A stretch of 55,107 nt of DNA from an uncultured Clostridia bacterium (GCA_944377435.1 CALWEY010000052.1:1-55107), one strand, 5' to 3'. Counted from the first letter of the stretch, positions 10,127 through 19,041 are shown. Notes: generated from the sequence alone by a model not told the origin. A program made the numbers and translations.

Positions 10127-10729
10127 ATGGAAAATTTAACAGACGAAGAACTAATAGATTTAGCAAAAAATGGCGATGAAATGGCATTAGATTTTTTGTT
10201 GGATAGATACAAAGTTCTTGCCAGTAAAATTGCTAGAAGTTATTTTTTAGTTGGTGCAGAATATGAAGATTTGTTGCAAGAAGCCATGATTGGACTTTAT
10301 AAGGCATATATAAGTTATGACAAGAATAGCAAAGCGAGTTTTTCAACTTTTGCCAGAACATGTATAACGAGAAATGTTCAAACGGCAGTAAAAACGGCAA
10401 ATAGGAAAAAAAATCAAATACTCAATAGTAGCATATCACTAACAAATCAAGGTGGATTACAAAAACAAGGCGACGAAGACGAAGATATAACTTTAATAAT
10501 TCCCTCAAATAGCCTAACACCAGATGAAAAGCTTATAGAAAGTGAAACACTTCAAAGCATAAAAGAAAAAATAAAACAGTGTTTGTCAAAGTTTGAACTT
10601 GATGTCTTAGTTTTATATTTGCAAGGATATTCGTACACACAAATTGCACAAAAACTAAACTTAACAAATAAAAGTATCGACAATGCACTTTCAAGAATAA
10701 GACATAAATTAAGTTTTTTAAAAAAATAA
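10127..10729 (+). CDS. sigH: RNA polymerase sigma factor SigH (sigma-30-like)
   Basis: Collinear with B. subtilis SigH blocks: ARSYFLVGAEYEDLLQEAMIGLYKA, FSTFARTCITRNVQTAVKTANRKK, LSKFELDVLVLYLQGYSYTQIA, KSIDNALSRIRHKL. The mrnC-rlmB-sigH synteny is conserved. Confidence 0.85.
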   Translation: MENLTDEELIDLAKNGDEMALDFLLDRYKVLASKIARSYFLVGAEYEDLLQEAMIGLYKAYISYDKNSKASFSTFARTCITRNVQTAVKTANRKKNQILNSSISLTNQGGLQKQGDEDEDITLIIPSNSLTPDEKLIESETLQSIKEKIKQCLSKFELDVLVLYLQGYSYTQIAQKLNLTNKSIDNALSRIRHKLSFLKK

Positions 10730-10753
10730 AGCGAAAAAATATTCGCTTTTTTT
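10730..10753 (+). terminator. Intrinsic terminator after sigH
   Basis: AGCGAA-aaaaata-TTCGCT followed by T7. Confidence 0.75.
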
Positions 10754-10909
10754 ATTTATATAAATTTAATAATAATTTATGTTGCAAAAAATGTATAAAA
10801 AAAAAGAATGATAAATTAGTTTTATATTCCGACAAAAATGTAATATAAATTATAAATTATTTTTAACATTTTTTTATAAATCACCTTTATTATAAAGGCG
10901 AGGTGATTT

Positions 10910-13210
10910 ATGGAAAAAGTATACAGTCAAGAAAACAAATTATTTATATTTTGCAAATATGTTTTATTTTTTATAGTTTTTTATTTATTACAAAAAGCAC
11001 AAATAAACGGTGTGATTAGTCCGTTTGGTTTTGGAATATATTTTGCACTTATTTGGTGCAATCAAAACATTTTAATTTTGTCGCCACTCTACATAGCATC
11101 AAGTTATTTAAACAATTTAGTTTTATATGATTTATATTCGGCAATTGCCACTTGCCTTGTTATGATGCTTATTTATGGTGTGCACCTTAAACTTAAAAAA
11201 CCAATAAAACCAATGCTTATGCTTTTGTATGCACTACTTAGTCAAGCAGTGAGCGTGTTTTTAAAAATATACAGCGGAACAATTTGGTGGATAGTATGCG
11301 TTGAACTTGTGTTTGGACTTTTATATATGTTTGCATGCATGAAAGTTTTTGAAAGCTTAATTGTTAGGGGAATAACACGAAAGTTTACACTTATTCAAAC
11401 AATTTGCCTTGGTGCATTTTTTGCAAGTTTAACTTGTGGACTTAGAGCAATAACATTATTTGATTTTGATTTTGCAAAATTGTTTTTAGCATTTGTAGTT
11501 ATATTTTCAACTCTTGTTTTACCAATCTTGGAAAGTGCACTCTTAACAATGGTGTTTTCGGCAGGAACACTACTCTATGACAACAATGCATATTTAGTTG
11601 CACCAATAATTATATGGTGGCTTGTATGTTCGTGTTTTAGGGGACGACATAGAATTTTTGCGTGTTTAAGTTTGATTGTTACAGAACTTATGTGTGTGTA
11701 TTATTTTAATTTTTATTACACTACATCATTTATAACATTTTTGCCATGTATAATTAGTGGACTTGTTGCGCTGTGTATTCCAAAAGCATACTATCAGGCA
11801 CTTACAGAGAACTATAATTCAAGTTTTGTTAACAGAAGTTTAGAAACAATAATAAACAGAAATCGAGACAATATACATAAACGACTTTTAAAACTTTCGC
11901 AAGTTTTTGGCGAAATGGACAAAGTTTTTAGAAGTATGATAAAAGGCAAAGAAAGTGAAAACGAACTAAAATCACTTTTAGTTACCGAAATAAAAAGCAA
12001 ACTTTGTGCTTCGTGTCCAGAAAAAAATAGATGTCATAAAACTTATGGAGATGAAACAAATTCAATACTAACAACCCTTTCAAATGTTGCTTTTGAAAAA
12101 GGACGAATAACACTTTTAGACATTCCAAGCGTGTTAACGGGAAGATGTTTTAAAATAAATCAACTTGTTTACACGGTAAACGATTTAATAGAACAGTACA
12201 AAAGTTATGCTTCGCTTCTTGGCAGTATAGACGCAAGCAAGGTTTTAATAAGCGAGCAGTTGTATGGTGTTAGCAATGTTTTAAAAGACCTTGCAAAAGA
12301 TGTTGGCAAAAATGTGATATTTGACAACGGACTAGAAAAAGAAATAATTGACGAGCTTGTTTACAACGATATAGTTTGCAGTGATGCAATAGTTTACCAT
12401 GAAAATCAAAATATTGTTTCGTGCGTTTTCGAGGTTAGAAAAGAAGACAGTTTAAAAAGCAAAATAAACAGCATTGTGTCAAAAGTATGTAAAACAAAAA
12501 TGCTTGTAGAAACAGACGAATCTAGTTCCCATGCCGGTTGGCAAATTTTAAATTTAAAAACTGCACCAAAATATGACATTATTTTTGGAACCAGCGCACA
12601 TACAAAATCTTCGTCAACAAAAAGTGGCGACAGTTATTCTATAATAAGAATAGAAGACGGCAAAATTTTAATGGCACTCTGTGATGGAATGGGCAGTGGA
12701 GAAAAAGCAGAACGAACAAGTCAAACAGCAATATCTCTTGTTGAAAATTTCTACAAAGCGGGATTTGAAAGTGACATAATTTTGTCAAGCGTAAACAAAT
12801 TTTTGTCGCTTGGGAGCACAGATGTGTTTTCGTGTTTAGACATGGCAATAATAGACTTAAAAAATGGCAGTGCAGATTTTGTTAAACTTGGCGCCACAAA
12901 CGGATTTATAAAACACGGCGACACAATTAGTGTAATTGAATGTAATGCACTTCCACTTGGAATAATATCAAATGCCACTCCAACAATAAAGACAACAATG
13001 CTACATAGCGGAGATATGATTGTAATATGTACTGACGGCGTAACCGATAGTTTTGCAAGCGATGATGAAATGACAGATTTTGTAAACAATATAAACTCAT
13101 TAAATCCGCAAGAAGTGGCGGATACTCTTATGGATAAGGCTCTTGAAAACAATCATCAAACGGCACTTGATGATATGACCATTGTTGTAGCAAAAATTTT
13201 TGCTAGATAA
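10910..13210 (+). CDS. spoIIE: Stage II sporulation protein E (PP2C phosphatase with polytopic membrane domain)
   Basis: About 10 N-terminal TM helices, a central regulatory region and a C-terminal PP2C domain (MALCDGMGSGEKAERTSQTAISLVENF ... ICTDGVTD ... DDMTIVVAKI). SD GAGGTG lies before the ATG. Confidence 0.9.
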   Translation: MEKVYSQENKLFIFCKYVLFFIVFYLLQKAQINGVISPFGFGIYFALIWCNQNILILSPLYIASSYLNNLVLYDLYSAIATCLVMMLIYGVHLKLKKPIKPMLMLLYALLSQAVSVFLKIYSGTIWWIVCVELVFGLLYMFACMKVFESLIVRGITRKFTLIQTICLGAFFASLTCGLRAITLFDFDFAKLFLAFVVIFSTLVLPILESALLTMVFSAGTLLYDNNAYLVAPIIIWWLVCSCFRGRHRIFACLSLIVTELMCVYYFNFYYTTSFITFLPCIISGLVALCIPKAYYQALTENYNSSFVNRSLETIINRNRDNIHKRLLKLSQVFGEMDKVFRSMIKGKESENELKSLLVTEIKSKLCASCPEKNRCHKTYGDETNSILTTLSNVAFEKGRITLLDIPSVLTGRCFKINQLVYTVNDLIEQYKSYASLLGSIDASKVLISEQLYGVSNVLKDLAKDVGKNVIFDNGLEKEIIDELVYNDIVCSDAIVYHENQNIVSCVFEVRKEDSLKSKINSIVSKVCKTKMLVETDESSSHAGWQILNLKTAPKYDIIFGTSAHTKSSSTKSGDSYSIIRIEDGKILMALCDGMGSGEKAERTSQTAISLVENFYKAGFESDIILSSVNKFLSLGSTDVFSCLDMAIIDLKNGSADFVKLGATNGFIKHGDTISVIECNALPLGIISNATPTIKTTMLHSGDMIVICTDGVTDSFASDDEMTDFVNNINSLNPQEVADTLMDKALENNHQTALDDMTIVVAKIFAR

Positions 13211-13248
13211 TATTTGACAAAAAAACATATATTATATAATCTATTTGC

Positions 13249-13338
13249 ATGAAAAAACTAATTTATACTTTAATAATAACTTTTATATGTTTTGCAATTA
13301 TGCTAACATCATTTATTTTAATATGTTTAAATCCATAA
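13249..13338 (+). CDS. Possible 29-aa hydrophobic micropeptide (MKKLIYTLIITFICFAIMLTSFILICLNP)
   Basis: An ATG..TAA ORF with no SD. It is preceded by TTGACA (13214-13219) and TATAAT (13235-13240, 15-nt spacer), so it could be leaderless. A terminator follows immediately. This is a speculative call. Confidence 0.25.
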   Translation: MKKLIYTLIITFICFAIMLTSFILICLNP

Positions 13339-13373
13339 AAAAAACCAAGATTTAATAAATTCTTGGTTTTTTT
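13337..13373. terminator. Bidirectional intrinsic terminator between spoIIE (and the micropeptide ORF) and scfB
   Basis: AAAAAACCAAGA-loop-TCTTGGTTTTTT. The A-run and T-run allow function on both strands. Confidence 0.75.
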
Positions 13374-13391
13374 ATATAAAATTATTTAAAT

Positions 13392-14765
13392 TTATTTATT
13401 TTCCTTTGCAACTTGCATCATGATTGCACATTCAATTCTTTTCTTAAAGAGTTTACAGCCATAGTCATAAACACCTGTAATATCGCCTGTCGCATGATAA
13501 GCATTTGCTGCACATCCACCACTGCAATAAAGTTTTGCCCAACAAGATGCACAATCTTTTCTTGCATATGCATTGCAATTTTTAAACTTGTTGACTAAAT
13601 CTACATTTGTTATTCCGTCATAAATATTGCCTAAACTATATTTACTGTCGCCAACAAATTGATGGCAAGGGAAAAGTTTTCCCCATGGTGTTACTGCCAT
13701 ATATTCTGTTCCACTGCCACAACCACTTATCCTTTTATATATGCAGGGTCCATTTTTTAAATCGAGCATATAGTGATAAAATGTAAATGGTCTGCCTTCC
13801 TTTTCTCTTTTTAACATTTCTTTTGCAAGAATTTCGTATTGTTCATACAAAATTGGCAAGTCTTCTTCGGTTAGGGCATAAGGGTCTTTTGGACTGCACA
13901 CAACAGGTTCCATGCTTAGTTCGGTAAAGCCAAGGTCTGCCATGTGAAAAATATCTTTTGTAAAATCGGTGTTGTTGTGAGTAAATGTTCCACGAACATA
14001 ATAGTTTTTATTGCCACGCTTTTTAACAAAGTCTAAAAATTTTGGAACAATTATGTCATATGAGCCTTGCCCTGAAATTGTTTTTCTTAAACGGTCGTGA
14101 ACTTTTTTTCTTCCGTCTAAACTTAAAACAACATTGTGCATTTCTTTGTTTGCAAAATCTATTACATCGTCGTTTAAACTCATTCCATTTGTTGTTAGCG
14201 TAAATCTAAAATTTTTGCCTTTTTCTTTTTCTATACTTCTTGCATATGCTACAATTTTTTTAACAACATCAAAGTTTAGAAGTGGCTCGCCCCCAAAGAA
14301 ATCTACTTCCAAGTTTCTTCTTGTTCCACTGTTTTCAATTAAAAAATCAATGGCACGCTTTCCAACTTCATAACTCATAATTGCACGCTCGCCGTGATAT
14401 TTACCTTGACTTGCAAAGCAGTATTCACAGTTAACATTGCAGGTGTGAGCAAGATGCAAACAAAGTGCTTTTACAACTGTGTTTCTATTTTTAAAATCAA
14501 ATGCTTTGCCTTCAAATGTGTCAGGTGTGAAGAGTTGTTTGTTTGCTTTTAGTTCTTCTATATCACTAAAAACATCTTCAATTTCTTGACTTGTTACAGT
14601 TTTATCATTTTTATATTTTTCAAGCATTTTTGCTTTTATTTCTTCTTTTGGTGTGTTTTCATATAGTGAAATAATATCATATGCAAGATCGTCAACCGAA
14701 TGTACGCTTCCACTAAAAACATCTATAACAATATTGTATCCGTTTAATTTATATTGATGTATCAT
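13392..14765 (-). CDS. scfB: Radical SAM/SPASM thioether-forming SCIFF peptide maturase
   Basis: CNVNCEYC (CxxxCxxC) radical-SAM cluster, a C-terminal Cys-rich SPASM region (CGSG..C..CASCWAKLYCSGGCAANAY) and a MIHQYKLNGYNIVIDVFSGSVHSVDD N-terminus typical of SCIFF maturases. It lies directly downstream of a SCIFF precursor gene. Confidence 0.9.
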   Translation of the reverse strand: MIHQYKLNGYNIVIDVFSGSVHSVDDLAYDIISLYENTPKEEIKAKMLEKYKNDKTVTSQEIEDVFSDIEELKANKQLFTPDTFEGKAFDFKNRNTVVKALCLHLAHTCNVNCEYCFASQGKYHGERAIMSYEVGKRAIDFLIENSGTRRNLEVDFFGGEPLLNFDVVKKIVAYARSIEKEKGKNFRFTLTTNGMSLNDDVIDFANKEMHNVVLSLDGRKKVHDRLRKTISGQGSYDIIVPKFLDFVKKRGNKNYYVRGTFTHNNTDFTKDIFHMADLGFTELSMEPVVCSPKDPYALTEEDLPILYEQYEILAKEMLKREKEGRPFTFYHYMLDLKNGPCIYKRISGCGSGTEYMAVTPWGKLFPCHQFVGDSKYSLGNIYDGITNVDLVNKFKNCNAYARKDCASCWAKLYCSGGCAANAYHATGDITGVYDYGCKLFKKRIECAIMMQVAKENK

Positions 14766-14790
14766 TTTTTTCTCCGTAGTAAAAAGTAAT

Positions 14791-14858
14791 AAAAATGCCG
14801 AAAAGAAAACTTAACGGCATTACATTAAAAATGCCGAAAAGAAAATCTTATCGGCAAA
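14791..14858 (-). terminator. Two tandem near-identical hairpin+U5 elements between scfA and scfB (partial terminators/attenuators)
   Basis: Minus-strand RNA reads UGCCGAUAAGAUUUUCUUUUCGGCA-UUUUU, then AUGCCGUUAAGUUUUCUUUUCGGCAU-UUUUU. On the plus strand these are AAAAATGCCGAAAAGAAAA(C/T)TTA(A/T)CGGCA at about 14791-14820 and 14827-14856. Confidence 0.55.
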
Positions 14859-14878
14859 ATGTTTGTGTGTGCCTTAAA

Positions 14879-15028
14879 TTAGTCTGCACAATTTTCGCAT
14901 TTTTGGTTTGCAACACCACATGATGTTTTGCAAGCTGATTGGCAAGATGTTTGACATTCGCCACAACCACATGTTGAAAGGTCTTGGTCAACCAATTTTC
15001 TTGTGTTTAATGTTTGTATTCTTTTCAT
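14879..15028 (-). CDS. scfA: SCIFF (six-cysteines-in-forty-five) ribosomal peptide precursor, 49 aa. It is not in the ORF track.
   Basis: My translation is MKRIQTLNTRKLVDQDLSTCGCGECQTSCQSACKTSCGVANQKCENCAD*. The core GCGECQTSCQSACKTSC..NQ.CE is the SCIFF signature. A strong SD (AAGGAG) lies 7 nt upstream of ATG 15028. Confidence 0.9.
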   Translation of the reverse strand: MKRIQTLNTRKLVDQDLSTCGCGECQTSCQSACKTSCGVANQKCENCAD

Positions 15029-15070
15029 AATAGTCTCCTTATGTACATTTATAGTGTATAAATTTTGTGT

Positions 15071-16471
15071 TTATTTGTCAAGGTTTTTTAAAACTTTAAT
15101 CTCTTTTGGCAGTTTATTAAAATCACTTATAACATTGAGATTGTTTTTTTCTAATGACATAATATATTCATATATTTCTTTTGTGATAACTTGCCCCGGA
15201 ACTAAAATTGGAATGCCCGGTGGATAAACATAAACAAACTCTTTGCAAACTCTGTTTATGCTTTCTTTAAACTTAACATTTTCGCCTTCTCGTGTCGTTG
15301 CGTTGTGGATTGTGATTACACTTAAACTATCGGTATTTTTTATAAAAACATCATTTTTTGAATGTTCCAAATTTTTGTCTATTTTTAAAAGCACATTGCA
15401 TAAACGCATTAAATCTTTTTTTGTGTCAAAGATTGTGCTCATTGCAAGTGCATAATTTGTGTAACACATTTCAAGTTCAATTTTGTTTTCTCTTAATTTT
15501 TGCATAAGTGTTTCGCCACTTATATTTGTGTTGTTTGTAAAAATAACAATTTTTGTTTTATCAAAATCATAAAATGGAATAGTTGTGTTATATCCAAGAA
15601 TATATAAGTGTTTTAATTTAGATATTTTGTTTTTAAACAAGTTTAAATTTTTTTGTAGTTTTTCATAATATTTTTTGCCATGCTTTTGCATAAAAGTTAT
15701 ACATTCGTCAATTGACGCCATAAGTATATATGATGGGCTAGAAGTTTCAAAAGTTGCTAAATTTTTTTGAATTTTGTATAAGTCAACTCGTTTAGAACAA
15801 ACATGAAGTAGGGCAGTTTGAGTTAAAGAAGGAAGTGTTTTGTGCAAGCTGTTTATAACAATATCTGCACCAAAGTTTATTGCCGATTTGTTTTCAAGAA
15901 AAAGATGTGCGCCATGTGCTTCGTCAACAATAAGAGGAATGTTAAATTTGTGCACAACTTTTGCAATTTCTTTTATGTTTGAAATCACACCTTCATATGT
16001 TGGTGAAGTTATTAAAACGCATTTTGCATCTTTGTTTTTTTCTAAACAATTTTTAACATCATTTGCCAGTATATCGCAAAAAATATTTGTGTCTTGGTCA
16101 AAGTGTGCGTCAATAAAAACATGTTGTAAATTTAAAAGTTCAATGGCGTTAAAAACAGATTTATGACAATTTTTTGCAATAATAATTTTATCGCCAATAT
16201 CACAACACGATTTAATTGCAGTAAGTATTCCACATGTACTTCCGTTTATCAAATAAAAAGATTGCACTGTTTTATATAAATTTGTTGCCTTTGTCATGCA
16301 AGCTTTTAAAATTGTTTTTGCGTTATGTAGGTTGTCAAACCCATCAATCTCTGTTATGTCAAGATTATAAGGAAGTGAATTTTTTATAAAATTGTGTCTT
16401 TTGTGTCCGGGCATATGCATGGCTGTTATATGTTTTTTAGAATAGTTTTTTAAAAGTTTGTATAATCTCAT
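15071..16471 (-). CDS. PLP-dependent Orn/Lys/Arg decarboxylase family protein (SpeA/YaaO-like)
   Basis: MPGHKRH N-terminal motif, DEAHGAH, and the PLP-lysine motif SLHKTLPSLTQ. Size is typical of the family (466 aa). Confidence 0.8.
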   Translation of the reverse strand: MRLYKLLKNYSKKHITAMHMPGHKRHNFIKNSLPYNLDITEIDGFDNLHNAKTILKACMTKATNLYKTVQSFYLINGSTCGILTAIKSCCDIGDKIIIAKNCHKSVFNAIELLNLQHVFIDAHFDQDTNIFCDILANDVKNCLEKNKDAKCVLITSPTYEGVISNIKEIAKVVHKFNIPLIVDEAHGAHLFLENKSAINFGADIVINSLHKTLPSLTQTALLHVCSKRVDLYKIQKNLATFETSSPSYILMASIDECITFMQKHGKKYYEKLQKNLNLFKNKISKLKHLYILGYNTTIPFYDFDKTKIVIFTNNTNISGETLMQKLRENKIELEMCYTNYALAMSTIFDTKKDLMRLCNVLLKIDKNLEHSKNDVFIKNTDSLSVITIHNATTREGENVKFKESINRVCKEFVYVYPPGIPILVPGQVITKEIYEYIMSLEKNNLNVISDFNKLPKEIKVLKNLDK

Positions 16472-16509
16472 GCTAAAATTATATCAAATTGCAATAAAAA
16501 GTTAAAGTA

Positions 16510-16541
16510 AAAAATGCAGAGTTTTTTGCTCTGCATTTTTA
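16510..16541. terminator. Intrinsic terminator downstream of glmS (A-run and T-run on either side)
   Basis: ATGCAGAG-tttttg-CTCTGCAT, flanked by AAAA and TTTTT. Confidence 0.7.
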
Positions 16542-16553
16542 TCTTAAAAAAAT

Positions 16554-18347
16554 TTATTCAACAGTAACACTTTTTGCAAGATTTCTTGGCTTGTCGGGAC
16601 TATATCCTAGTTTTAAACAAGTTTTAACTGCAAGAGTTTGAAATGGAATTATAGAAAGCATACTTGCAAGGTCTTCACAAGACTTATCAAAATAGTAAAC
16701 AAAATCAACATCTTTTAAACTTGTTTCACTAATGGTTAAATTAGTAACTAAAATAATGTTTCCGCCACGAGATTTAATTTCGCTTGCACTTGCAAGATTT
16801 TTAGATAAAAGTTCTTTTTTTGTTGCAATTACAAAAACAAGACTTTTGTTGTCAACAAGCGACAAAGTGCCGTGTTTAAGTTCGCCAGACGGCAAACTTA
16901 CGCAGTTTATGTAAGTTATCTCTTTAAGTTTTAGTCCGGCTTCCATTGCTGAAATATAATCTTCGCCCTTGCCAATAAAGAAAACTTTTTCACTTTTTAA
17001 AACCACATTTGATATGTCATCTATGTAATTTATATTATGAAAGAAATCGGCTTTTTCTAGTCTTTTAAGTTTTTTTATTATGTCGATGTTTTTATGCTTT
17101 AAAGTGTTATACATATGTAAACTAAGCATATAAAAAACAAAAAGCATAGCGTTATACGCTTTTGTTGAAATTACAGCAATTTCCATACCTGCACAAAGTG
17201 GCAAAAGTATGTTTGATTGCCTAGCAATAGAAGAATAAGGAACATTTACAAGTGAAACAATTTTTGCTTTTCTTTGTTTTGCAAGTTTTAAACATAGTAG
17301 CGTGTCGGCAGTTTCGCCACTTTGACTACAAAAAATACAAAGAGTATTTTTATCAATATGTGGTTTAGAATATCTAAATTCGCTTGCAATATGAGCTGAA
17401 CATTCTATGCCGGTTTTTTCTTGTATGTATTTTGCACCCATAAGACAAGCGTGATATGCTGTTCCACAGCCAATAAGTTTTATGTTGTTTATGTTGTGTA
17501 AAAACTTATAGTCTATTTTGTCAAAATACTTTGTTGAACTATATGATTTTATTATATTGTTTAAAACATGTGGTATTTCTTCAATTTCTTTTTCTGCAAA
17601 ATAGTTATATTGGCCTTTTGTTGCTGATTTCTCAAAAACAGACACCTTTGTTTTTTTAACTTTAACTTCTTTTAAATCAAAATCATAAAAACTTATTTCG
17701 TCTTTTTTTGCAACGCATATTGAATTTTCTGGCAAAACATAATAATCTTCAAAGTTTTCGCCAAAACATATAGGATCGCTACATGCTAATACTTCATCAT
17801 TATTTTTTGAAACATAAAGCGGGCTGTTTTTTCTTGCTAAAAACAAAGTATCTTTTTCATTTTTATTTAAAACACAAAAAGCAAAACTCCCTTCAAGTTT
17901 TTTTATTGTTTTGCTTATTGCTTGTAAAATTGTTCCTGTTTGCAAAGCTAAAAGATTAGGTACAACTTCGGTGTCTGTTTCACCGTATAATTTTATATTT
18001 TTATCAAGTAGTTCTTTTTTTAAATCAAGGTGGTTTTCTATTATACCATTATGTACCACGCACCATACTTTATCAAAACTTAAATGCGGATGGGTGTTAT
18101 TTAGGCTAACGCTTCCATGGGTTGCCCATCTGGTATGTGCTATGCCACAATGAGATTTTATCTTTGTGTTTAGGTTTTTACTTAAATTTTTTATCTCGCC
18201 TAAACTTTTATGTATATAAAATTTGTCGTTATCAAAAAGACAAATTCCAGAAGAATCATAACCACGGTATTCTAATTTTTTAAGATTGTCAATGATTATT
18301 TCTGCTGTGTTTTCTTTTTGACCTATGTAACCAATTATGCCACACAT
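16554..18347 (-). CDS. glmS: Glutamine--fructose-6-phosphate aminotransferase
   Basis: The MCGIIGYIG N-terminus provides the catalytic Cys after Met removal, with SD AAGGAG upstream of ATG 18347. Two SIS domains follow and the C-terminus is ...LAKSVTVE. The track ORF (to 18470) is an upstream in-frame extension. Confidence 0.95.
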   Translation of the reverse strand: MCGIIGYIGQKENTAEIIIDNLKKLEYRGYDSSGICLFDNDKFYIHKSLGEIKNLSKNLNTKIKSHCGIAHTRWATHGSVSLNNTHPHLSFDKVWCVVHNGIIENHLDLKKELLDKNIKLYGETDTEVVPNLLALQTGTILQAISKTIKKLEGSFAFCVLNKNEKDTLFLARKNSPLYVSKNNDEVLACSDPICFGENFEDYYVLPENSICVAKKDEISFYDFDLKEVKVKKTKVSVFEKSATKGQYNYFAEKEIEEIPHVLNNIIKSYSSTKYFDKIDYKFLHNINNIKLIGCGTAYHACLMGAKYIQEKTGIECSAHIASEFRYSKPHIDKNTLCIFCSQSGETADTLLCLKLAKQRKAKIVSLVNVPYSSIARQSNILLPLCAGMEIAVISTKAYNAMLFVFYMLSLHMYNTLKHKNIDIIKKLKRLEKADFFHNINYIDDISNVVLKSEKVFFIGKGEDYISAMEAGLKLKEITYINCVSLPSGELKHGTLSLVDNKSLVFVIATKKELLSKNLASASEIKSRGGNIILVTNLTISETSLKDVDFVYYFDKSCEDLASMLSIIPFQTLAVKTCLKLGYSPDKPRNLAKSVTVE

Positions 18348-18479
18348 ATTTACTCCTTGAATGTGAAATAGGTTATAACCATTGATTACGAACTCGCATG
18401 CTTTTTGTCGTAACATATAATAATATGAAAATTGCACTAAATAAGACACAAAACAAATTGATATAAACAAAAATCATAC

Positions 18480-18508
18480 TTGAAAAAATACATATGTCGT
18501 GTTATACT
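18480..18508 (+). promoter_or_regulatory. Sigma-A-type promoter for the 18546 operon
   Basis: TTGAAA (18480-18485), a 17-nt spacer, then the extended -10 TGT-TATACT (18500-18508). Confidence 0.6.
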
Positions 18509-18545
18509 TAATAGGCAATTTAATAAAATATTTAAGGAGTAAAAA

Positions 18546-19040
18546 ATGGTTGATTTTAAATTGAATACAATAGAAACAAATTATATACAACACATTGTTG
18601 TTGAATTTACATATAGATTGAGAGAAAGATATAGGGATATGTTAATTGATACTAACAAAGACAATGTAGAAGGCGAAATGCCAACATACGATAAAGCAAA
18701 ATTTAAAGAATTTGAAAATAGATTAGAAGATTTTAGAGAATTCTTAATGGATACTTTTGCCTATGAAATTTTAACAAAGGATTACCTATATTACAATTCA
18801 GATTGCCAATATGAGGATGACGAAAAAGATTTTGGAATGCAAATTGAAATGGGTGCAATGGACACTTTTGGAAAAGACATAAAACAAATTTTAGGGCCAA
18901 ATTTATCTATTACAATTTCTGCCGACAAAAAAAGTGCAGTTTTTAATATCAAACAATTAAAAGACGGAATAATTAAAACAAACAAGTTAAAAATAATAAA
19001 TGAATATAGAGTAAAAAAAGACGACGAAATGGTAAAATAA
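18546..19040 (+). CDS. Hypothetical acidic cytoplasmic protein (164 aa)
   Basis: Strong SD (AAGGAG) and a clean ORF, 1 nt from the downstream glycosyltransferase gene. I recognise no motif. Confidence 0.6.
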   Translation: MVDFKLNTIETNYIQHIVVEFTYRLRERYRDMLIDTNKDNVEGEMPTYDKAKFKEFENRLEDFREFLMDTFAYEILTKDYLYYNSDCQYEDDEKDFGMQIEMGAMDTFGKDIKQILGPNLSITISADKKSAVFNIKQLKDGIIKTNKLKIINEYRVKKDDEMVK

Positions 19041-19041
19041 A

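Noticed and set aside
15003-15227. Plus-strand 74-aa ORF spanning the scfA start and the decarboxylase 3' end
   Set aside because: It is antisense to two well-supported minus-strand genes and has no SD. The true small gene here is scfA on the minus strand.
18348-18470. N-terminal 41-aa extension of the glmS ORF (track ORF 16554..18470)
   Set aside because: GlmS must begin Met-Cys so that Cys is the N-terminal nucleophile. MCGIIGY at 18347 has a strong SD. The extension is just open frame in the leader.
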